The position numbers and the translations under genes are program-made. A stretch of DNA of 64,000 nucleotides from Waddliaceae bacterium (lineage in GTDB: Bacteria; Chlamydiota; Chlamydiia; Chlamydiales; SLFE01). Below, piece by piece: positions 10,348-20,312 of the stretch (its first letter is position 1; every line of letters begins with the position of its first letter). Where the stretch lies: assembly GCA_963771045.1 (NCBI GenBank), contig CAVYRW010000004.1, positions 1,088,001-1,152,000 on the forward strand, read 5' to 3'. The notes under the pieces are model-generated. The model was not told where the DNA came from. It worked only from the letters and a program-made list of their open reading frames with translations, and did not search any database.

Positions 10348-11466
10348 ATGTCTTTTCAAAAAAATAGAACGTTCTTGAAAAGAAAATTGAGCAATGCTTT
10401 GACCTTAGGAATGACTTTTCTGACCCTGGCAGGGTCTGCCGCCTCGCTGCCCGCTGCCTATGATGCGTGCTGTCCCGATCCATGCGAGACAAACTGCTGT
10501 GATCTTTGTTCTTGCTGCATGCCCGACTTTGTTGTTTGGGCCGACTTCATTTACTGGCAGGTTCATCCGGAAGGGCTGCAGTTTGCCAGAACCGATGGGA
10601 TCAGTCCGGATACGGCGACTCCGCTTGAAATCCCGGGCCATATAAAATCGCCCGATTGCAAAACCGAAGCGGGATTCAGAGTGGGAACCATTGTCGACAT
10701 TGGTTGCTGTAACTGGGACGTTTTTGCTCAATACACATGGCTTCGCCCATGTTTGAGCAAACGAATCGTTAACAACTTGATTCCCGATAGCGAGGAGGGG
10801 AGCGTCGGAGATTTGCACCCGCTTATTTGGAACCTGGCAGAGGACCTTGCCGGCGATCAGGCTATCAGTGAAGCCAAAGCAACCTGGCAAAATTCATACA
10901 ATGTCCTTGATTTTGGCATGGGACGAACGTTTTCCGTCAATTGCTGCTTTGATTTTCGTCCGCACTTAGGATTCAAAGCCACGTGGCAGCAAATGAAGTA
11001 CAACGTGTACTATACCAACCAAACATCAACGACAGACTCTGAAAGCATTCATCTCCAAAACAAGACGGATTTTAATGGAATCGGTCTTCGCGGCGGTTTC
11101 AATGCAGCTTGGAGATTTACCCCATGCGTCAGTCTTGTCGGGGGAGTTGCCGTTGCTGCTGTCTGGTCGGATATTGAGGTCCACCGCAAAGATTTTTACG
11201 AGTCGGGAAAAGTGCTTGACTTAGAAGACTGTCATTGCGCGTTGATACCGGCAACTGAACTTCTGCTAGGAATCCGATATGACACGACCGTGTGTTCTTG
11301 CTATAACATATTTGTTTTTGCCGGATGGGAAAATCAAATCTGGTGGAATCTCAATCGATTCATCTTTGTCAGCAACAGCTCAGGGGAGAGCAACAGCTAC
11401 CAATTCGGTTCTCACGGAAATGTCACTTATCAAGGGTTGACAGTGAGAAGCGGATTGATGTTCTAA
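10348..11466 (+). CDS. Lpg1974/MOMP-like pore-forming outer membrane protein, Cys-rich
   Basis: Signal peptide, Cys-rich N-terminus, ADFIYW, GFRVG, GIGLRGG, GWENQIWW, terminal GLTVRSGLMF beta-signal. Confidence 0.85.
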   Translation: MSFQKNRTFLKRKLSNALTLGMTFLTLAGSAASLPAAYDACCPDPCETNCCDLCSCCMPDFVVWADFIYWQVHPEGLQFARTDGISPDTATPLEIPGHIKSPDCKTEAGFRVGTIVDIGCCNWDVFAQYTWLRPCLSKRIVNNLIPDSEEGSVGDLHPLIWNLAEDLAGDQAISEAKATWQNSYNVLDFGMGRTFSVNCCFDFRPHLGFKATWQQMKYNVYYTNQTSTTDSESIHLQNKTDFNGIGLRGGFNAAWRFTPCVSLVGGVAVAAVWSDIEVHRKDFYESGKVLDLEDCHCALIPATELLLGIRYDTTVCSCYNIFVFAGWENQIWWNLNRFIFVSNSSGESNSYQFGSHGNVTYQGLTVRSGLMF

Positions 11467-11468
11467 GT

Positions 11469-11509
11469 AAAAAAAGCCCCAGTTATTTTATTTTAACCGG
11501 GGCTTTTTT
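11469..11509. terminator. Bidirectional rho-independent terminator
   Basis: AAAAAAAGCCCC...GGGGCTTTTTT. Confidence 0.75.
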
Positions 11510-11617
11510 GATTTAGATTTTCTTGTTGTAGGTTGAGTTAATTTTTTCTAGAATCTCTTGCAATTTGGCATCAGCTTCTCTAACTTTTTGGAGTAACTCC
11601 TTACTAGTTGAAGTTCT

Positions 11618-12443
11618 GGTGGTCCATAACATGTAATGCTCAATTTTTGAATTGACATTGATTTCCTTGTGCGTTTTCCTTTGTTTCTAAAACGAATGGA
11701 GGACCCAAATGACACCCACTTGTCCTAACTGTAAATCCACCAGTATCAAAAAGAACGGCCATATTCACAGTGGAAAGCAAAATCATAGGTGTTTGTCTTG
11801 TGGAAGGCAATTCGTCATCGATCCTCAGCAAAAAATAATATCAGATGAGACAAAATCAAGAGTAAGACAGGCATTGCTTGAACGCGTTTCTCTCGAAGGT
11901 ATTTGTAGAATCTTTGACGTCAGCATGCCCTGGCTTTTGAATTTTATGAACAGAATAATCGAAGATCTTCCAGAAGATTTGAATGCGGATGTCACTGGAG
12001 AAGAAGAGTTTGAGGTAGCTATACTTGAGCTTGATGAACAGTGGAGCTATGTAGGAAAGAAAAAAAATCCAATATGGCTTTGGCTCGCATTTCATTCAGG
12101 TACACGACAGGTATTAGCTATGCATGTAGGAAAAAGAAATAAGCAAGCAGCAGAATCCTTATTAGCGAAGCTCCCCGAGGACTTAAAAAAAAAGCCGTCT
12201 TTTATACGGATAAGTTCTCAATCTACTACGAAGTCCTTCCTTGGGAACAACATCGCCCAGTCGGAAAGGAGTCAGGTAAGACAAGCTACATTGAGAGATT
12301 TAATAACACGCTCAGGCAGCGATGCTCAAGGCTAGTGAGAAAAACCCTTTCATTTTCAAAGAAAATTGAGAACCATATTGGCATGATAAAATATTTTATA
12401 TGTGACTATAACCAGAGAAAAGCATTACAAGTTTAGGACTACC
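11618..12443 (+). mobile_element. IS1-family element
   Basis: 23-bp imperfect TIRs (GGTGGTCCATAACATGTAATGCT / AGCATTACAAGTTTAGGACTACC). 8-bp TSD GAAGTTCT at 11610 and 12444. Confidence 0.92.
11709..12436 (+). CDS. IS1 transposase, read through a -1 frameshift at an A9G run near 12185-12194
   Basis: Zn ribbon CPNC...CLSC, ELDEQWSYVG. The shifted frame continues FYTDKF...IERFNNTLRQRCSRLVRKTLSFSK. Confidence 0.85.
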
Positions 12444-12701
12444 GAAGTTCTATTGAGTTCCTTGTCAATGAGTTCAACCTGATCCTGAGCGGCAATAATA
12501 GCTTTAGAGATTAAATCAAGAGTTGGCTTAGCTTGGAATAAAGTAAACTCTCTATTATTGAGAGCCAAACAAACTGTATTATTCATATCTTGAAACCATT
12601 TAAGAGTATTCTCTGCAGCTTCTTTTGATTTTTTTAAAAGCTCAACTTCGTCATTAGTAAATTCTTCAAATATATCGGCTAAATTTTTTGGTTTAGAATT
12701 A

Positions 12702-14099
12702 GGTAGTGTAATCTGAACTGTGTAAATTAAGTTGCAAGTGTATTATAGTAAATACCTTGTAAACAAGTAGAAGGAGGTTCCTCCCCCTGCAGGGGGAGGG
12801 GCGACAAATTTTTAATTTTAATTTACACAGGAACAACTTATGAAATTCTCAAAACTAAAAATCGATCTCGATAAAGAGTTGTCGAAATGCGAAACCATGG
12901 ACGACTTATGTGGCAAAAACGGCCTTTTACAAAGGTTGTTGGGTGGTATGGTAGAACAACTCCTTGAGAAGGAAATGGAAGAGCATATCGGCTATTCCAA
13001 ATACTCACCTGAAGGCCATCACACCGGCAACAGCCGCAATGGCAAGCTTTCAAAATCTGTCCAAAGTTCCTACGGTCCTCTCGATTTAGAGGTGCCCCGA
13101 GATAGGAATGGTGATTTTGAGCCAAAAATCGTCAAGAAACGGCAACGAAATATTACCTCATTCGATCAGAAAATCCTCTCCATGTATGCAAAGGGAATGA
13201 GCACCCGGGATATACAGGCTCATGTTCAGGAAATATATGGTGCTGAAATATCCCCTACGGCCGTATCCCATATCACGGAAAAGGCTTTAGAAGTCGCAAG
13301 AGAGTGGCAATCAAGACCGCTTGAAAAGATCTACGCTATTACCTATTTTGATGCTATTCATTATAAGGTTCGTGAAGATGGAAAGGTGGTTACAAAAGCT
13401 GTGTATACCTGCCTGGGAATCGATCTTGAGGGGCGAAAGGATGTTTTAGGTTTATGGATCGGTGAAAACGAAGGAGCCAAATTTTGGTTACGAGTTTTCA
13501 CAGAGCTTAAAAATAGAGGCGTTGACGACGTTTTAATTGCCTGTGTTGATGGCTTAAAAGGAATGCCGGAAGCAATTAATGCCGTGTTTCCCGAGACTGA
13601 GATTCAGTTATGCGTCATCCATTTGATCCGAAATTCGTTTAAATACATTCCTCATAAGCATTCGAAGGAATTTGTGTCGGATCTGAAAAACATCTATCGG
13701 GCTGAAACAGAAATTTTGGCTGAGGAAAACCTGCTTGTTCTGCAGGAAAAATGGGCAACAAGATACCCCTTAGCCGTCAATCCCTGGGCAGACAACTGGG
13801 ATAATATCCGAACCTTTTTTAAATACCCCGAAGAAATTCGACGTATTATTTATACTACAAATGCCGTAGAATCACTCCACAGGCAGTTTAGAAAGACTAC
13901 AAAAAGCCGTTCTGTCTTTCCAACAGACGACTCTCTTTTCAAATTGCTATTTTTAACTGTCTCGGGCTTATCCGAGAAATGGACAAAGCCTATCAAAGGC
14001 TGGATATCAGCAATATCTCAGTTTTCAATTCTGTTTGGCGACAGGATGAAAAAAGCGATGGGGCTGTAAATGAGTTTACACAGTTTATTTTACACCCTC
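12702..14099 (+). mobile_element. IS256-family element, copy 1
   Basis: TIRs GGTAGTGTAATCTGAACTGTGTAAA / TTTACACAGTTTATTTTACACCCTC. 8-bp TSD TAGAATTA at 12694 and 14100. Confidence 0.95.
12840..14069 (+). CDS. IS256 (mutator-family) transposase
   Basis: RNG, VPRDRNGDFEP, FDAIHYKVR, DGLKG, QLCVIHLIRN, YTTNAVES. Confidence 0.95.
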   Translation: MKFSKLKIDLDKELSKCETMDDLCGKNGLLQRLLGGMVEQLLEKEMEEHIGYSKYSPEGHHTGNSRNGKLSKSVQSSYGPLDLEVPRDRNGDFEPKIVKKRQRNITSFDQKILSMYAKGMSTRDIQAHVQEIYGAEISPTAVSHITEKALEVAREWQSRPLEKIYAITYFDAIHYKVREDGKVVTKAVYTCLGIDLEGRKDVLGLWIGENEGAKFWLRVFTELKNRGVDDVLIACVDGLKGMPEAINAVFPETEIQLCVIHLIRNSFKYIPHKHSKEFVSDLKNIYRAETEILAEENLLVLQEKWATRYPLAVNPWADNWDNIRTFFKYPEEIRRIIYTTNAVESLHRQFRKTTKSRSVFPTDDSLFKLLFLTVSGLSEKWTKPIKGWISAISQFSILFGDRMKKAMGL

Positions 14100-14255
14100 T
14101 AGAATTATTATTTTCAACGTTCATCTTTCTTCTCCTTTTTTCCCAATTTTTAGAATGTAACTTTTCATACCTTAAGAGGATTAAGATTCGATAAAGGATC
14201 ACAATCCAATCCTTTTACATTTATTTTCGTATTCGCTATCTAAAGAGGAAATAGG

Positions 14256-15488
14256 GTGAGTATGGGCAATAACAAATTAACAAAATCGGAAAGAAATTTC
14301 TTAATTTTTCTAGGCATTCCGGCCTTCGGCATTGGGCTGGCCTATAATTTAGTCACAACTTACCTTCCTTATTTTATCGAGAGGCTTTCCGGTGCTGCAA
14401 TCACCGGGATGATGATCAGCATAGAAGGTGTTATAGCGCTGTTCATTCCTTTTATCATAGGATTTTGGTCCGACTCAATCTCCACAAAATACGGCAAGCG
14501 CTTCCCATTTTTCTTTCTTGGTTTGTTCATCATTTCCTCCATGCTGATTGTGATGCCGTTCAGCAGCGAAAATTTAGCCCTGCTAGGTATAGAACTTTTC
14601 GTATTTTTTATCGGCTTTTTTACATTATACGAAGCTTATTACACTTTCTTCCCGGACCTGGTTCCTCAAAAAGAAAGGGGGATATCGCAGGGAATACAAG
14701 GGGGCTTCCGCGAATTCGGACTGCTGCTAGCAATGGCTGGAGGAGGGTTCCTCATCGACGTCTGGAAACCTTTGCCATTTCTCCTTTTCACATTTTTATT
14801 ACTCCTAGCATCGGCCATTTTTACCGCAAAATTTTTAAAAAAAACCAGGCATTCCGAAGACACGCAAAGTGTGAAATGGTATAGCGCATTGAAACTTGTT
14901 AAAAACCCGAAAATCAAACTATGGCTTATCGCCAATATTTTATGGGAAGCCGCTTTTGCTGCTATTAGAGTGTTTATTGTCCTCTACTTTACAAGGGGGC
15001 TTTCTTTTTCGCTGACTCAAAGTTCGGGAGCCTTAGCCCTTGTCGGGGCAGCCGCAATTGTGGCAGCTCCATTTGCAGGGTGGTTGGCAGATAAATACGG
15101 CCACAAACCGGTTATCCTGGGTTCTGTCGTATTATTTGCGATCGGCCTGATTCCGCCTTTATTTACGACCAACATCTATTTTGTTTCCGCCATCATGCCT
15201 ATTGCCTTCTCCGCAGTCGTATTAATGACCCTTCCATTTTCCATTCTAATGGGATATCTCCCCAAAGAAGAGCAACATGGAGTCGGCGCTGCTTTATACA
15301 GTTTCAGCCAGGGCGTAGGAGCCCTTATCGGGCCCTTACTCGGAGGAGTTAGCGTTGAATTATTTAAGAACGTTCCGGTTTTAGCCTTTGAAAGCACACA
15401 TGGATACTCAGCCATTTTTCTAGTAGCCAGCCTCCTTTTGTTTGCGAGTGTCCCTTTTTCGATCCGTCTTTTTCAGCCCCAGCAGTAA
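14256..15488 (+). CDS. MFS transporter
   Basis: About 12 TM helices. Motif A copies GFWSDSISTKYGKR and GWLADKYGHK. Confidence 0.9.
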   Translation: MSMGNNKLTKSERNFLIFLGIPAFGIGLAYNLVTTYLPYFIERLSGAAITGMMISIEGVIALFIPFIIGFWSDSISTKYGKRFPFFFLGLFIISSMLIVMPFSSENLALLGIELFVFFIGFFTLYEAYYTFFPDLVPQKERGISQGIQGGFREFGLLLAMAGGGFLIDVWKPLPFLLFTFLLLLASAIFTAKFLKKTRHSEDTQSVKWYSALKLVKNPKIKLWLIANILWEAAFAAIRVFIVLYFTRGLSFSLTQSSGALALVGAAAIVAAPFAGWLADKYGHKPVILGSVVLFAIGLIPPLFTTNIYFVSAIMPIAFSAVVLMTLPFSILMGYLPKEEQHGVGAALYSFSQGVGALIGPLLGGVSVELFKNVPVLAFESTHGYSAIFLVASLLLFASVPFSIRLFQPQQ

Positions 15489-15559
15489 AAAATGTTTTCT
15501 TGCCTCAATATCAAGGCCTGGTTGATAATGTATAAGAATTTTCTTTTAGGAGGTTAGAA

Positions 15560-16141
15560 ATGGATTTACAATCTTTTGCACAGTTAGATTTGAATCTAAA
15601 AATTCTCAACCATTTGTTCAATCAAATGGAAACAGATGTTAACGTCACTTTTTGGGGATCGAGAATTGTCACAACCGGCGAATTCAGGGGATCGGCATAT
15701 CTAGCTGATTTTGCCGAACAGGTTTTGTGGTTTTCACGATTACCGGACAAGTCGGAATTGTCGCTTGAAGAGAGAGTAGCAGGTATCCAGCTAGTTGACA
15801 CGATTCGTAAGTCCTATCGAGAATCGGACAAGATTTTGGATAAATATCCTGTGAAAAAAGCATTTAACATTTTTTGGCAAATTACCGGATATGATAGGGA
15901 TGAAAAGGTTGTACTTCCCCTATCAACAAGATTATTTATTGAAGATGAAATCACTAGAAAGAGCTTTTTAAGTTTTACCGAAAAACAATTCCACAAAGAC
16001 TTTGGGGATCTACCCTTGCCATTTGGTTCCTTTATCGATGAAAAGAGCGGCAAGAGGCTTTATGTAGCGGATGAAGGGCTTATTAAGAAAAAATCAGAGT
16101 TGAAAACAAGCCTTGAGGATTTTTATACTGTTCTTACTTAA
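15560..16141 (+). CDS. Hypothetical protein
   Basis: 193-aa ORF with AGGAGG RBS. Confidence 0.7.
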   Translation: MDLQSFAQLDLNLKILNHLFNQMETDVNVTFWGSRIVTTGEFRGSAYLADFAEQVLWFSRLPDKSELSLEERVAGIQLVDTIRKSYRESDKILDKYPVKKAFNIFWQITGYDRDEKVVLPLSTRLFIEDEITRKSFLSFTEKQFHKDFGDLPLPFGSFIDEKSGKRLYVADEGLIKKKSELKTSLEDFYTVLT

Positions 16142-16538
16142 GCCAGTAGATGAAGGAGACGCGTAATGCGCCAATTTAGACTAAAAAGGGATAGGTAAAT
16201 CGTCAGCAATTCCCGCTGGAGCTGAAATCGCTGAAACAGAATTAGTTAAAACAGCCTCTTTCGTAGAATCGGTCTCTAATTTAACCGATCTTGAACTATT
16301 TTTAACCACTGACTCTTTTATCGCTCCCCTAGAGGAAACGCTTGAATCGCATTCTTTTTCCATGAAGCTTGAGTCAGAATTTCCAGCGGGAATTGCTGGT
16401 AAATCGTTAGATGGAGGATTCGCTCTTTTCTCCCATCTCTTATGTTTATAATCTAAGGTAATGTCTCAATATAAATTTATCAAATCTTAATACTAATTTG
16501 TTAAGTTGATATCAATTCATTAACAATAAGAGTATTAT

Positions 16539-17093
16539 ATGGGACAAAGATTTGAAAATATAAAAAACCTTCCTGGTCATTTTGGAGATGCTACGCTCGA
16601 TGCTGGCAAAGCCCTATGGGGCGGAGCCTGGACACCTGTAGCCGGAATAACATTGGGTCTTTGGGAAACAGCAAATAAGCAGGCCAATAAAACCTATCTC
16701 TCAGCGTCTGTTTTATCCCGGGTTTTTTCCGGAGTTATCAAGGTTATTAACCCTAAAGCAAATGTGATTGACACTGAGGATTCGGGCTGTTCATTTTTCA
16801 ACAATATTCCAGGTAAATTTTTAAATTTTGCTGTTGATTGCGCAGGTAGCGAATCATTTCTGACAAGATATGTGATTTCTCGAGGAGCTGCGACTCTCGG
16901 CGTACTTACGGCCGTTATTACAGGAATTGCGGATATGATTTTAGCGGTACCTACAACAGCCCTTGCCCTAATAACTTTTGGATGTTCTCCTAGAATCAAT
17001 AAAATCGCAGTCAATCAGCTAAGATTTCCTGAAGCCCTTCATTTCATTGGATCAGGCCTAAGGTTATTGGTGAATCCGCATCCACGTTATTAA
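16539..17093 (+). CDS. Hypothetical membrane-associated protein
   Basis: 184 aa with a long hydrophobic stretch (GAATLGVLTAVITG...ALITFG). Confidence 0.65.
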   Translation: MGQRFENIKNLPGHFGDATLDAGKALWGGAWTPVAGITLGLWETANKQANKTYLSASVLSRVFSGVIKVINPKANVIDTEDSGCSFFNNIPGKFLNFAVDCAGSESFLTRYVISRGAATLGVLTAVITGIADMILAVPTTALALITFGCSPRINKIAVNQLRFPEALHFIGSGLRLLVNPHPRY

Positions 17094-17118
17094 TTTTCAT
17101 TAATCTGAGCTAAGGACT

Positions 17119-17260
17119 ATAACCCGTGATTGTGACCTAATCTGAGGCCAATCATCTACAGCTGAAGATCATCTTTCGATAAATTTCTCCTCCGGCATGT
17201 CTTAAGACATGCCTCTCGTCAAAATTTTCGAAATGAAATTAGATTATGCGAGTACGATTA
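17119..17260. repeat. MITE/REP-like palindromic element, copy 2
   Basis: TAACCCGTGATTGTGACCTAATCTG end and GGCATGTCTTAAGACATGCC core shared with 2480-2625. Right boundary approximate. Confidence 0.6.
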
Positions 17261-17269
17261 GGAAACTTA

Positions 17270-17484
17270 ATGAAGCTGCCCGACCACTTGAGAAATGCTA
17301 CGCTCAATGCTGACAAAGCCCTATGGGCGGAGCCTGGACACCTGTAGCCGGAATAACATTGGGTCTTTGGAAAACAGCAAATAAGCAGGCCGATAAAACC
17401 TCTTTTTCACGGCGCGTTTTTCCTGAAATTTTTTAGGGGAGTTATCAAGGTTATTAACCCTAAAGTAAATGTGATTGACGCTGA
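17270..17484 (+). pseudogene. Degenerate tandem duplicate of the 5' part of the 16539-17093 gene
   Basis: Near-identical to about 16560-16777 (for example GCGGAGCCTGGACACCTGTAGCCGGAATAACATTGGGTCTTTGG) with indels. Confidence 0.8.
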
Positions 17485-17534
17485 TTTCGCAGGGAAATCG
17501 TCAAGTTTAAGAACTACCCCACGATGACGCAAAA

Positions 17535-18362
17535 TCAATGAAAATCAAGCTGATTTAGCTCATACACGGGAATTTCAGGATTAAAAAACATCGACCATTT
17601 ACTGAGATTTGACGTTGTGCGAATAAGATAATCGCCTTTAGAAAGCAATAAGCAATCCATGACAGCCTCTAAACCATGCTGGTAAGGGCTTTTAGCAGCG
17701 TAATGAAGGGGCTTGCCGTCTGTTGAGCGATTTACATTCGGAAGATAACAAACCTTTTCACCATAGGCATTTATCATATATTCAAGAAAGCTTTGCTCAT
17801 CAGTAGCCACGAATATTTTATAAGATTTTCTGGCATCATTTTGAATTACTTTATTAACTTGGTTTTTCGCCTCATCATATGGAACCGGAAACGACTCATG
17901 TTCAAACTTATCAGTTCCTCGATAATGAACGGAAATTACATAACTTCCATAAAAGTTTTCCCTTTCAAAGTCTTTTAACATATTGAGTATAAATGGCTTT
18001 ACATGTATATATTTATCAATGTAGGCCCTTGCTTGATCCCTAGTTAGTTGCCTATTAATCCAGGGCTTAGAGTGGGGGATATTCGCAAGAAGAAACACAA
18101 TTTCATCTTCAACATATCCCACTTGAACTGATTCGCAATAATACTCCCACCAGTTGTCTCCATAGTCCGGGTCATAGTAAAGCCCTTTTTTATCGAAGGC
18201 AATTTCAAAACCGGAAAAGTTTCCTTCCTCATATGAATGAATAAGGGAAAGAATTGTCATCCAACCGCTGAACATTCCAGAATTTCTTGATTGAAGAATC
18301 GCGTAATCTAATGCTTGTAAATTACTAAAAAACAACATGATAAATAGAAATAAATGTTTCAT
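17535..18362 (-). CDS. NodZ/GT23-like fucosyltransferase with signal peptide
   Basis: SGMFS, DNWWEYY, SVHYRGTDK, IFVATDE, AVMDCLLLSK, SNLS. Confidence 0.75.
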   Translation of the reverse strand: MKHLFLFIMLFFSNLQALDYAILQSRNSGMFSGWMTILSLIHSYEEGNFSGFEIAFDKKGLYYDPDYGDNWWEYYCESVQVGYVEDEIVFLLANIPHSKPWINRQLTRDQARAYIDKYIHVKPFILNMLKDFERENFYGSYVISVHYRGTDKFEHESFPVPYDEAKNQVNKVIQNDARKSYKIFVATDEQSFLEYMINAYGEKVCYLPNVNRSTDGKPLHYAAKSPYQHGLEAVMDCLLLSKGDYLIRTTSNLSKWSMFFNPEIPVYELNQLDFH

Positions 18363-18582
18363 TTACGCCTCATATTTGCTATAATTTTCTTATCTATTTT
18401 ATAAAAAAAGGAATACTATAAAAATACAAAACTTTATTTTAGCCCCTTCATCGCTAATTTTATTGTCACTCAAGTCAATCTCAGTAATAATATTATCCGT
18501 AAAGGCTCAATAATCGCCAACTTTGACATATGCATTGATGAAAAATTTAATTATCAGATTTTCAGAAACTTGTAAATTTGGA

Positions 18583-18610
18583 ACGTCTGATAATATATAT
18601 TATGTTAATT
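18583..18610 (+). other. dif-like XerC/XerD site
   Basis: ACGTCTGATAA-TATATA-TTATGTTAATT. 11-6-11 layout. Right arm matches the E. coli XerD arm TTATGTTAAAT at 10/11. Confidence 0.55.
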
Positions 18611-18821
18611 TAATCGATCTATTACAAAGGCAATGGGCACGATTTTTCTTAAATTAACAACATTGGGACCGCTCTCAAACCTTAAATATTGTATCCGTTC
18701 ACGGGGTAACTCTAGGAACGGCTACCGCCTCGCGCGCTACCCCACAAAAATAATAAAAATTTTATACGGCATAAAATAAGATTTTTATTATTATTCTGGT
18801 TGTTCAAAACCACTTTATAAC

Positions 18822-20219
18822 ATGAAGCCAACCTACGAAGAACTCTTTGAAAAGCTGAATAAAGCCTTGGAGGAAATTGAAATCCTCAAAAAGGAAAACC
18901 AGGCACTCAAGGCAAAAGTTAAGGAGCTCGAAGATAAACTCAACACCAACTCTTCGAATAGCTCTAAGCCCCCCTCGCAAGATCCTTTCAGAGCTCAAAG
19001 AAAGAAGGAACCTACGGGGCGTAAACAGGGAGCACAAAAAGGTCATAAGGGCCACCCCCGTCAACTAGTTCCAATTAATCAGGTGCAGTCGCTGCATAAC
19101 ATAAAGCCGGACACTTGTCCGAACTGCCACTCCCACTCGTTTAATTCGGAGGTGGTCAGAACGGATGTACGACAAGTAGTGGAATTACCGGACGCTCCTC
19201 CGGAAGTTACTCAATACAACATTCACACCTGTCAGTGTAGCGGATGTGGTAAGCATGTAAAGGCTGATATTCCCGAAGAAGCGCGATTTGGTTTTGGTCC
19301 CCGATTAATGGGTTTCGTCACCTCTCTTTCAGGAGAGTTTAGATTATCCAAACGTCAAGTCTGTGCTCTAATGGGCAGACTCAATATTCGGATATGTTCC
19401 GGCAGCGTGTGTAAAATCCATGTCCGAGCTAGTCAGATTTTAAAAGCACCATACGAAGAAATTAGGACACACACTCTAAATGAAGAACATATTTATGCCG
19501 ATGAAACGAGTTGGAAAACGATGTCGGAAAAGAGATGGATTTGGGTCGGAAGCGGCAAGGAAACTGTGTTTTTCGCAATCAAGGCTTCACGCAGCAACAA
19601 GGCATTCCGCGAGATCTTTGGTTCTTTCAAAGGGGGTTTAACAACCGATCGCTATAATGCCTATAATTCGCATGAAGGTCTGCGACAACTTTGCTGGTCG
19701 CATGCAGATAGAGATTTTGAAAAGATTGCAGGCAGGGATGGATTTGATAAATGGATCGGGGAACGGTTGTTAGAGTGTAAAAAGTCGATATTCAATCTTT
19801 GGCATAGCTACAAAAACGGTGAGATTGCAAGGGACGAACTGATCGAGAAGATCGAAATAGGCCCAAAAGAAGATTTGAAAGTCCTCCTCAAAGCTGGTGC
19901 AATTCACAAAGAATGTTGCAATAAAACGAGGTCGACTTGCGCTGATTTTTTTGGACGGTTCGAGATGTTATGGGTATTTGCCTATCATGAGAATATCGAA
20001 CCGACTAACAATACAGCCGAGCAACGTCTTAGAGGCGGAGTCATTTGGAGGAAGCTATGCTTTGGCTCACAATCAGAAGAAGGTGAGCGATTTGTCGAAC
20101 GGGTGTTAACAGTTGGTATGACATTGAAGTTACGTGCTCAAAATTCGTTCGATTATTTTACCGAATGTTTTAAAGCATACATTCATGGCGGACAAGCGCC
20201 GCCGATATTTTCAAAATAG
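18822..20219 (+). CDS. IS66-family transposase
   Basis: NSSNSSKPPSQD, Zn finger, ADETSW, TDRYNAY, QLCWSHADRDF, EPTNNTAEQRLR. Confidence 0.92.
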   Translation: MKPTYEELFEKLNKALEEIEILKKENQALKAKVKELEDKLNTNSSNSSKPPSQDPFRAQRKKEPTGRKQGAQKGHKGHPRQLVPINQVQSLHNIKPDTCPNCHSHSFNSEVVRTDVRQVVELPDAPPEVTQYNIHTCQCSGCGKHVKADIPEEARFGFGPRLMGFVTSLSGEFRLSKRQVCALMGRLNIRICSGSVCKIHVRASQILKAPYEEIRTHTLNEEHIYADETSWKTMSEKRWIWVGSGKETVFFAIKASRSNKAFREIFGSFKGGLTTDRYNAYNSHEGLRQLCWSHADRDFEKIAGRDGFDKWIGERLLECKKSIFNLWHSYKNGEIARDELIEKIEIGPKEDLKVLLKAGAIHKECCNKTRSTCADFFGRFEMLWVFAYHENIEPTNNTAEQRLRGGVIWRKLCFGSQSEEGERFVERVLTVGMTLKLRAQNSFDYFTECFKAYIHGGQAPPIFSK

Positions 20220-20312
20220 AAAACGGTTTCCTACGACACAAATTCACGAGGTAGTTCTCGGTTAACAAAACGTGTTAGAAGTTTACGACTCCCCCTGGGG
20301 GGGGGTACCCCC

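Larger units (their letters stand above)
11513..14124 (-). pseudogene. 123-aa helical hypothetical protein gene interrupted by IS256 and IS1
   Basis: Joining 14124-14100, 12693-12444 and 11609-11513 (removing both IS and one copy of each TSD) gives an intact 372-nt ORF MNVENNNSKPKNLADIFEEF...STYNKKI* with an AGGAG RBS. Confidence 0.85.

Noticed and set aside
10348..11466. Cys-rich N-terminus as a RiPP or metallothionein
   Set aside because: It is part of a MOMP-like porin, and Cys-rich envelope proteins are expected in chlamydiae.
16181..16363. Single-stranded DNA-binding protein gene
   Set aside because: Only the tail resembles SSB. There is no OB fold and no convincing start.
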